A stretch of 64,000 nucleotides of DNA from NCBI GenBank assembly GCA_903875465.1, contig CAIQWB010000073.1, positions 16,373 to 80,372 of the forward strand. Reading direction: 5' to 3'. The position numbers were made by a program, and so were the translations under genes. This document shows positions 35,818 to 43,458 of the stretch, in pieces. The notes beneath the pieces were generated by a model that saw nothing but the letters and a program-made list of their open reading frames with translations, was not told the origin of the DNA and searched no databases. This DNA is from an uncultured Verrucomicrobia subdivision 3 bacterium. Its GTDB lineage: Bacteria; Verrucomicrobiota; Verrucomicrobiia; Limisphaerales; UBA11358. Numbering within the stretch: position 1 is the stretch's first letter; the number at the start of each line of letters is the position of its first letter.

Positions 35818-36029
35818 CTTTAATCCCGAACAAAGGGAGGAGAATCCTAACAAATGCATGAATGAAGTCAACAAGTGTTTTGGATATTTATCTGGGGGGA
35901 TTGGGAATTGCCGAGGCAGCTTCGCCGAAGAGGGATGGGCGGGAGGGAACTTGCGGTTTGGGGGGCGACCGCTTAACTGGGGGCCGTGACCGTCAAATCC
36001 ATGCCACCAGCATAACCCGGGAGGAGCCT

Positions 36030-36248
36030 GTGCGACACATCATCCAATATAAAACGGTGAAGGGTAGCAAATATCTGATCAACCTGGACAAGGAAGTAAA
36101 CGCCTTGATCGCGAAAGGTTTTCAGCCTTATGGCAGCCCTTATGTTTTTCAGGACATAGACTTGTTTGCCTGCCAGCCCATGGTGCGTTATGCGGACAGC
36201 GGCGGCAAGGAAACCGGCATCAGCGAGGATGAGGCCGGAACTGTGTGA
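36030..36248 (+). CDS. small hypothetical protein, DUF1737-like (72 aa)
   Basis: GTG 36030 is preceded by GGAGGAG (36020-36026). HIIQYKTVKGSKYLINLDKEVNALIAKGFQPYGSPYVF fits the small DUF1737-type pattern (YK......LE..VN.LI..GWQP.G) as I recall it. The N-terminal part of the 35862 ORF looks like non-coding read-through. Confidence 0.4.
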   Translation: MRHIIQYKTVKGSKYLINLDKEVNALIAKGFQPYGSPYVFQDIDLFACQPMVRYADSGGKETGISEDEAGTV

Positions 36249-36456
36249 GGGTGGACAGGCCGACGGGCAAACCTGGCAGCCACTGGCCAGCCGAGCAGGG
36301 GTAAACATCCCGATCAATTCCCGCTTTTAAAGCGCGCCGGCCAACGAATTAGACCAGCTTTAAACGCCGGGAAATGGAAAAAATGGTTGCCTTCGGCGGT
36401 GGCGAAGGCATCGTATTGGCAAAGGAACGAGTTGAGCCGATCAAGCTCAACGTGAT

Positions 36457-39400
36457 ATGGACCAAATGGAAACAAACGCAAAAACTATGAGCCAGGCGGA
36501 TGGGGGAATTGCCTTGTCGGCGAATCTGATCGCACACATTAACGTGAAACTCGCACTGCTGGGCTGCCCACCGGTGGCGGTGCCCGGAAACACGGAGTTT
36601 GCGGAAATTGTGGCGGCCATGGCGGGGCAATCGCGCGAAAAAGACCGCTTGCTGGGGCAGTATTTGTGTCCGGCGGACCAGCGCATCCAGACATTTTTGT
36701 ACGACTATTTGCAGGATGTGCCGGTGACGAAGCTGCCGTCGCGCACCTTCACCCTGGATCGCATGGGTCTGGCCCGGGTTTTGTCCCTGCCGGTGGACCG
36801 TTCGGATTTTTCCTCGGACATCATCAATTCGTACCGGGTAAAACAGGGTGTGCTGCATAATCCGCGGAGCGACCGGCGGACGACCCAGGGGATTTTTCAC
36901 GTCACGGAAGGCGGTCTGCCGATTCCCGATGACAAGCTAGGAGTGCCGAAGCAGACGTTTGCGCGACTTTTGAACCTGGCGCTCAATCCGCCGTCCGAGT
37001 TGCTGCGCCTGCCATTCACGGCCACCCAACCCAAGCCGGCAGAATGCTTTGTGACGCTGCTGTTGCGGCCCATCGTGTGTCCGGCGGTGCCGGGCTTCAC
37101 ACCAGAAAAAACGATGGAGGTGCGTTTTTTTGTGCCGGGCAACCTCGTGAGCAATTTGGATTTCATTGAAAACATTTTTGGCAATGGGGGAGACCCCCTG
37201 CTGCCGGAAAATGATTCGGCCCTGGACGCGGAACACTGGACCGGACACACCGGGTGCGTGATTCTGGCCCCGCACCTGATCCGGGCGACCAAAAAAGCGG
37301 TGGGACTGCCCGCCTGGGAGCAGGCGACGGAGCGGCAACGGCGGGACGGCATGTGCTGGCGCAAAGAGGATGAACTCTACAATAACGGCGGGGCGTTTAA
37401 GATCACCTGCCGGGACGAGTCGGGCGTGATTGTGACGATTATCGCGGATAATTATTATGGTTACTGCAAAAAAGAGGTGAAAACGCAGCTCAGTTACGCG
37501 GCGAATCTCTTCGGCAACTGCGAGGAGGAGCACGCCGGTGGCGCGCTGGTCTTCCCGAGCTGGGATTTGGGCGAAGAATTCGATGGCGAAGTGCATGTGC
37601 GGCAGTTGGGCCATAACTTCCAAGAAATGGCGGGGCTCTTTGCGGAGGGCATGGCCGTGCAGCCGGAGGGCTACGCCATCGACCGCAAGTACCCGCAAAT
37701 CTTGTACGTGCCGGAAACGGCGCACTTCGACCTGGACAGTCAGAAGGTGCGCTGGACCAACTCGGGGGGCGACCAGGCGATCAAGTTGCAGCCGGGCAAA
37801 ACCTACGTGCGGCCCTCGGGCTACAAGGTGCGCATGGAGAAACCGCCCGGGGCCAACCGGGTGTGGCGGCTGGTGGGCACCGCGGCGGAAGGCACGCTGT
37901 GCCATAAACCGAGCACCGTTTCCGGGGGCGGGAAATCCGAAATTTCCAAGCCGATTACGGACGCGATTTTGGTGGGTTCGGTATACGTGGCGGATCTAAA
38001 AAACGATTTCGCCCGCGTGGCCGAGTTGATTGAGCGGGACTATTCCGACCGGTTCAGCGAGCCCGGCAAAGTGGACCGCCGGGCGGTGCTGGCTCAGGAA
38101 CGCTCGCTGGGTTCGGTGATTAAACTGCTCACGCCGGATTCACGCGAGTACACCCCGGCCTACAACGCCTGGCTCGAATCCGTGCCGCAATACGTGAAGG
38201 AACTGGTGTTCGTGGTGAAGCGCTATTACAAGCCGGAGTGGGGCGACCAGTGGCGGGAGCATTTCAGCGTGGACATTGTCAACGGAACCCCGGGCAACGA
38301 GTTAAAATGCGGCAATCGCAAATTGGTGACGACCTGCCTGCGGGTGGGTTTCGACACGGACGGTGCCTGGCGGACCTTTGGTTTGCGCAAAGATTTTTAT
38401 CCGTCGAAAAAAATCCAGATGGAGGATGACATCACCGCCTCGGTGCTGGTGCCGGCGGACCGGGTTAAAGCATTGGGGATGTTCGCGACGGGAAAAACGG
38501 TTAAGTTCGTTAAAAACTGCGAAAACCGCCTGTTTCAGCGGCCCGATGATGCCATTCATCGCGGTTATGACAAGCAAACCGAGGCCGATTTTACGCTGGC
38601 GGACAACTTTTTTTCGAATTACGCGCCGCTGACCCCGGCCGTGGCCCGGGACTTGGTGGAAGATGCGATTGGGTTCAACCAGTTCACGGAACCCATGCAG
38701 AAGTTGATTGCATCCGTGGCGAGCACTGGAAAGCCGGATTATTTTGTATCCTCGGCACATCCGCGCGTGGTCGACGGCAAGCCGAGCAAGAACCCGCGGT
38801 ATTTGCAAAAGCGTCCGGATCTGGTAAATCCGATGGCCAGCCACCTGGCGGAAATGTCGGCACGGCTGCGGCGGCGGGTGCCATTAAGCGAGCCCTTGCA
38901 CACGCCGGTAAATGTGGTGCTGCCGGGAAGGCGCAACAATCCGCCGGAGCCTGGCGTCCGGGCGCTGGCGTGCTATAATCCGATTCATTATTTCGAGCTG
39001 CCAGAGCTGTTCATGGAGTTCATCTGCAGCATGACGGGCAAATCGCCCTCCACGACGGGGGCGGGTTCGGAAGGGGCGCTCACGAAGGGTCCCTTCAACG
39101 CCCTGCCACCGATCATGGATTTGAATAATGCCCTGGTATCCTGGCTGCTGACGGAGTCCAGCGGTTTTGTGACCGCGGCGGGTTATGTGGGCCCCAATGT
39201 GCGGGTGGATCATGATGTGAGCCTGATTGTGCCGGAAGTGTTTTGCCGGATGACGGTGGAGGAACGGGATCCCAAATTCCTGATTGCCAGCCACTTTTTG
39301 GACAAGTGCGAGGATTTTGAATATCAGGGGAAAAAGATTCTGGCCAGCCGGCTGGGATACCGCATCAACGCAAGGTTTGTGCATGCTTTTTTTGGCCGGG

Positions 39401-39906
39401 TGTTCAATCATCCGCACGCGGTGTTCACGGAGGACATGCTGCGGCCGGAATTGCAATCACTGGACATTTTTGTGGAGGGCATGGATAATATCATCACCAC
39501 GCAAAAGCGGGTGGCGGCGATGTACTTTGCCGACGGCAGCATCGCCCAGGCCTGCCCGCCGTTGCAGGTGTTGCTGCACATCATGGCCCATGACCATTGG
39601 GAGGGCAAAGGCCTGGAAGATCCCGAAGTGCGGGCGCTGTTTACGCGGGAAAGCCTGATGGCGAGCGCCTGGTATGCAGCCCGGCTGACGGCGAAACAAA
39701 AGGTGGACCGGGCGCTCTGGCGGCGGCACACAGATTATTTGAGCCAGTTTTTGAAGCGCACCAGCCATGCGGATGTGGCCGAAAAACTGGAGGTCGGCGA
39801 GCGGCTGGTGGCCGCCCGGAAACATTTGGAACTGATCGAGTCACCGGGGTATCTGACCAGCCTGGCCGGCACGCTGGGGGCGGAACCTGTGGAAGCTTAC
39901 TTATAA
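36457..39906 (+). CDS. large conserved cytoplasmic protein; candidate PPi-type phosphoenolpyruvate carboxykinase
   Basis: 1149 aa, close to my recollection that PPi-PEPCK is about 130 kDa. PEPCK-like catalytic spacing seen by eye: YYGYCKK (aa 333-339, nt 37453-37473), His 20 residues after the second Lys (H359), a P-loop-like SGGGKSE (nt 37921-37941), and Asp 20 residues after its Lys (VYVAD). This mirrors the K244/H264/P-loop K290/D310-311 layout of GTP-PEPCK as I recall it. Confidence 0.45.
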   Translation: MDQMETNAKTMSQADGGIALSANLIAHINVKLALLGCPPVAVPGNTEFAEIVAAMAGQSREKDRLLGQYLCPADQRIQTFLYDYLQDVPVTKLPSRTFTLDRMGLARVLSLPVDRSDFSSDIINSYRVKQGVLHNPRSDRRTTQGIFHVTEGGLPIPDDKLGVPKQTFARLLNLALNPPSELLRLPFTATQPKPAECFVTLLLRPIVCPAVPGFTPEKTMEVRFFVPGNLVSNLDFIENIFGNGGDPLLPENDSALDAEHWTGHTGCVILAPHLIRATKKAVGLPAWEQATERQRRDGMCWRKEDELYNNGGAFKITCRDESGVIVTIIADNYYGYCKKEVKTQLSYAANLFGNCEEEHAGGALVFPSWDLGEEFDGEVHVRQLGHNFQEMAGLFAEGMAVQPEGYAIDRKYPQILYVPETAHFDLDSQKVRWTNSGGDQAIKLQPGKTYVRPSGYKVRMEKPPGANRVWRLVGTAAEGTLCHKPSTVSGGGKSEISKPITDAILVGSVYVADLKNDFARVAELIERDYSDRFSEPGKVDRRAVLAQERSLGSVIKLLTPDSREYTPAYNAWLESVPQYVKELVFVVKRYYKPEWGDQWREHFSVDIVNGTPGNELKCGNRKLVTTCLRVGFDTDGAWRTFGLRKDFYPSKKIQMEDDITASVLVPADRVKALGMFATGKTVKFVKNCENRLFQRPDDAIHRGYDKQTEADFTLADNFFSNYAPLTPAVARDLVEDAIGFNQFTEPMQKLIASVASTGKPDYFVSSAHPRVVDGKPSKNPRYLQKRPDLVNPMASHLAEMSARLRRRVPLSEPLHTPVNVVLPGRRNNPPEPGVRALACYNPIHYFELPELFMEFICSMTGKSPSTTGAGSEGALTKGPFNALPPIMDLNNALVSWLLTESSGFVTAAGYVGPNVRVDHDVSLIVPEVFCRMTVEERDPKFLIASHFLDKCEDFEYQGKKILASRLGYRINARFVHAFFGRVFNHPHAVFTEDMLRPELQSLDIFVEGMDNIITTQKRVAAMYFADGSIAQACPPLQVLLHIMAHDHWEGKGLEDPEVRALFTRESLMASAWYAARLTAKQKVDRALWRRHTDYLSQFLKRTSHADVAEKLEVGERLVAARKHLELIESPGYLTSLAGTLGAEPVEAYL

Positions 39907-39996
39907 CCGGAAATTGCGGAGTCAAGACCTGGGACGGGCGGCTGGGCGGGCGTTAAGACGGCCACCAGCACGGGCCTGTCCAATATTAATTAAATT

Positions 39997-42900
39997 ATGT
40001 CCATACACGTTGCGCTCCATCATAAAACGCATTACCAGTACGACCGTTTGGTCAACCTGGGCCCCCAGGTGATCCGCCTGCGGCCCGCCCCGCATTCGCG
40101 CACACGGATTCTAAGCTATTCACTGAACGTGCGCCCGGAAAAGCATTTCATCAACTGGATGCAGGATCCGCAGTCCAATTATGCGGCGCGGTTGGTGTTC
40201 GAGGAGCCGACCCGGGAATTCATGGTGGAGGTGGATTTGGTGGCGGAAATGTCGGTGCTCAATCCGTTTGATTTTTTCCTGGAACCGGAGGGCGAGAAAT
40301 TTCCGTTTGTTTACGATCCGGTCCTGGAGCATGAACTGGCGCCGTTCCAGCGCAAATGCTGGCTGACGCCGATGTTCACGAAGTATTTGAACCAGTTGCG
40401 CAAAGAGGTGCTGGGTGAGCAGAACCCCCTGGGGCCACAACAAAAGACCGTGATTCCGGACAAGGACAAGTTGCGGACCATTGATTTCATCGTCGCGGTG
40501 AACCAGCGGCTGTGGAAGGACATCAAGTATACCATCCGACTGGAACCGGGTGTGCAAACGCCGGAGGAAACGCTGATCAAAATGAGTGGTTCCTGCCGGG
40601 ATTCGGCCTGGCTGCTCTGCCAGTTGTTCCGGCATCTGGGGCTGGCGTCGCGGTTTGTGAGCGGATATTTGATCCAGCTCAAGGCGGACGTGAAGGCACT
40701 GGACGGTCCGAGTGGAACCGAAAAGGACTTTACCGACCTGCATGCGTGGTGTGAAGTTTATCTGCCGGGGGGCGGCTGGATAGGACTGGACGCGACCTCC
40801 GGCCTGCTGGCCAATGAGGGGCATATTCCGCTGGCCTGCACCCCGGATCCCTCCAGTGCGGCCCCGATTAGCGGGGCGGTGGACGAATGCGAGTGCGAGT
40901 TTAAATTCGAGATGGGCGTGACGCGGATTTACGAATCACCCCGGGTTACCAAGCCTTATACGGAGGAACAATGGCAGTCGATTGAAGTGCTGGGACACGC
41001 CATCGATGCCGATCTCACCAAGAATGACGTCCGGTTGACGATGGGTGGCGAACCAACCTTTGTCTCGATCGACGATCCGGACGGAGCGGAGTGGAATTTC
41101 ACCGCCGTGTCGCACAAAAAGCGGATTCTATCCGGGGAACTGATCAAACGGCTGCGCAAGCAATTCGCGCCGGGGTCGCTCTTGCATTACGGCCAGGGCA
41201 AATGGTATCCGGGCGAACCCCTCCCCCGCTGGGCGCTGGCCGCCTATTGGCGGAAGGATGGCGTGCCCATCTGGAAAGATGACTCGTTGATTGCGGATGA
41301 ATCGAAGAATTACGGCCACGGGGCGCGCGAGGCCAAGGAACTGCTATCGCGCATTGCCAGCCTGACCGGGGCGGATCCAAAGCATTTGATTCCGGCCTAT
41401 GAGGACGCCTTTTATTATACGTGGAAGGAACGCCGGTTCCCTTCAAATGTGACGCCGGAGAAGAGCAATTTAAAGAACAAGCTGGAACGGGACCGCATTG
41501 CCCGGATTTTCCAACAGGGTTTAAATTCCGTGGTGGGCTATTCCCTGCCGCTTAAGCGGATTAATGACGGCTGGGTGTCGGGCTCTTGGTTTCTGCGGGA
41601 TGACGACACGCTGTGGCTGATCCCGGGAGATTCGCCCATGGGCTTGCGGCTGCCGCTGGATTCGATTCCGTGGGTGGCCGAAAAAGATTTCCCCTGGTTG
41701 CGGCCGCAGGATCCCTCCCAGGAACACTGGCCGGAACTGCCGAAGGAATTCCCCTACCGGGCGCGCCCGGAGCTGTCCGGACAACGCTTTCTCAGCGGCG
41801 CGGGAGCGGCCACACTGCCTGGCCAAGGACCGGGGCAGCGCGCCCAGAAACTGGGTGATGCGGGCAAATTGCGACCGGACCAGGAGCTGCCGCCGGACGA
41901 AAATCCACTGCGGCAACCGGCCCCGGGCCAGAGCGCGCCGTGGATTATCCGCACGGCTCTGTGCGTGGAACCGCGCAATGGTCGTTTGCATGTGTTCATG
42001 CCGCCGGTGGAAACCACGCAAGATTATCTGGATCTGATCGCGGGAATTGAAACGGCGGTGACCGAGATGGGCGTGCCGGTGATTATCGAAGGCGAAACGC
42101 CCCCGCGGGATCCGCGCCTGAACAAGCTGGCGGTGACGCCCGATCCCGGGGTGATCGAGGTGAACATGCACCCGAGCAAATCGTGGGACGAGCTGGTGAG
42201 CCGCACGAACATCCTTTACGAGGAAGCGCGGCAAACCCGGCTGGGGACGGAGAAATTCATGCTGGACGGCCGCCACACGGGCACCGGCGGGGGCAACCAT
42301 ATCATTATTGGCGGCGAAAGCCCGGCGGATTCGCCGGTCTTGCGGCGGCCAGATTTGCTGCGTTCGCTGCTCACCTACTGGCAGAACCATCCCTCGCTGA
42401 GCTGGCTGTTTAGCGGCCTGTTCATCGGCCCGACCTCGCAAGCGCCGCGCGTGGATGAGGCGCGGAACGACTCATTATACGAGCTGGAAATCGCCTTCAA
42501 GGAGCTGGACCGGCAGATGGGGATGCATGGCAAGACGCCGCCGTGGATCGTGGACCGGTTGTTCCGCAACCTCTTGATTGACGCGAGCGGCAACACGCAT
42601 CGTTCGGAATTCAGCATCGACAAACTGTACGCGCCCGAGAGCAGCAGTGGCCGGCTGGGTTTGGTGGAAATGCGGGCCTTTGAAATGCCGCCCCATGCCC
42701 GCATGAGTCTGGCCCAGCATTTGGTGCTGCGCGGGCTGGTTTCCAAGTTCTGGAAAGAGCCGTATAAAAACGAGCTGGTGCGCTGGGGCACAGATATTCA
42801 CGACCGCTGGATGCTGCCGCATTTTTGCGAAACCGATTTCCGGGACGTTATTCAGGACCTGCGGGACGCGGGTTATCCCTTTGAATTTGATTGGTTTGCG

Positions 42901-43458
42901 CCCCACTTCGAATTCCGTTTCCCGCGCATTGGCGATTTGGTACAACGGGATGTGGAAATCGAACTGCGCACCGCCTTGGAACCCTGGCATGTGCTGGGTG
43001 AAGAACCCGGTGGCGGGGGGACAGTGCGTTATGTGGACAGTTCAGTGGAGCGGCTGCAAGTCCGGGCGCGCGGACTGGTGGGCGACCGTTTTGCCGTCAT
43101 TTGTAATAATCACCGGGTGCCGTTGCATCCGACCGGCACCAGCGGCGAAGGCGTGGCGGGCGTGCGGTATCGCGCCTGGCAGCCGCCGATCTGCCTGCAG
43201 CCCACGATTCCACCGCACGCGCCGCTGCGGTTTGACTTGTACGACACGTGGAACCAGCGGTCTTTGGGCGGCTGCACTTATCACGTGGCCCATCCGGGCG
43301 GGCGCGGTTATGACACGTTCCCGGTCAACAGCTACGAGGCGGAAAGCCGCCGGCTGTCGCGCTTTTTCCGGCACGTGCATTCGCCCGGCAAACAAGTCAT
43401 TCCGCCCGCGCGGGTGACGGGCGATTTCCCGTTTACGCTGGATCTGCGCAATGTCTGA
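39997..43458 (+). CDS. transglutaminase-family protein with Bact_transglu_N, transglutaminase core and a large DUF2126-type C-terminal region
   Basis: N-terminus MSIHVALHHKTHYQYDRLVNLGPQVIRLRPAPH (bacterial transglutaminase N-terminal domain). Cys-His-Asp core: GSCRDSAWLLCQLFRHLGLASRFVSGYL (Cys codon 40594-40596), DLHAWCEVYLPGGGWIGLDATSG. The C-terminal ~550 aa carry LDGRHTGTGGGNHIIIGG, RRPDLLRSLLTYWQNHPSLSWLFSG and VEMRAFEMPPH, typical of DUF2126 proteins. Confidence 0.8.
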   Translation: MSIHVALHHKTHYQYDRLVNLGPQVIRLRPAPHSRTRILSYSLNVRPEKHFINWMQDPQSNYAARLVFEEPTREFMVEVDLVAEMSVLNPFDFFLEPEGEKFPFVYDPVLEHELAPFQRKCWLTPMFTKYLNQLRKEVLGEQNPLGPQQKTVIPDKDKLRTIDFIVAVNQRLWKDIKYTIRLEPGVQTPEETLIKMSGSCRDSAWLLCQLFRHLGLASRFVSGYLIQLKADVKALDGPSGTEKDFTDLHAWCEVYLPGGGWIGLDATSGLLANEGHIPLACTPDPSSAAPISGAVDECECEFKFEMGVTRIYESPRVTKPYTEEQWQSIEVLGHAIDADLTKNDVRLTMGGEPTFVSIDDPDGAEWNFTAVSHKKRILSGELIKRLRKQFAPGSLLHYGQGKWYPGEPLPRWALAAYWRKDGVPIWKDDSLIADESKNYGHGAREAKELLSRIASLTGADPKHLIPAYEDAFYYTWKERRFPSNVTPEKSNLKNKLERDRIARIFQQGLNSVVGYSLPLKRINDGWVSGSWFLRDDDTLWLIPGDSPMGLRLPLDSIPWVAEKDFPWLRPQDPSQEHWPELPKEFPYRARPELSGQRFLSGAGAATLPGQGPGQRAQKLGDAGKLRPDQELPPDENPLRQPAPGQSAPWIIRTALCVEPRNGRLHVFMPPVETTQDYLDLIAGIETAVTEMGVPVIIEGETPPRDPRLNKLAVTPDPGVIEVNMHPSKSWDELVSRTNILYEEARQTRLGTEKFMLDGRHTGTGGGNHIIIGGESPADSPVLRRPDLLRSLLTYWQNHPSLSWLFSGLFIGPTSQAPRVDEARNDSLYELEIAFKELDRQMGMHGKTPPWIVDRLFRNLLIDASGNTHRSEFSIDKLYAPESSSGRLGLVEMRAFEMPPHARMSLAQHLVLRGLVSKFWKEPYKNELVRWGTDIHDRWMLPHFCETDFRDVIQDLRDAGYPFEFDWFAPHFEFRFPRIGDLVQRDVEIELRTALEPWHVLGEEPGGGGTVRYVDSSVERLQVRARGLVGDRFAVICNNHRVPLHPTGTSGEGVAGVRYRAWQPPICLQPTIPPHAPLRFDLYDTWNQRSLGGCTYHVAHPGGRGYDTFPVNSYEAESRRLSRFFRHVHSPGKQVIPPARVTGDFPFTLDLRNV

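Noticed and set aside
35862-36029. N-terminal 56 codons of the 128-aa ORF
   Set aside because: The region is Gly/Arg-rich and not protein-like. A GTG with a strong GGAGGAG Shine-Dalgarno sequence at 36030 gives a compact DUF1737-like protein.
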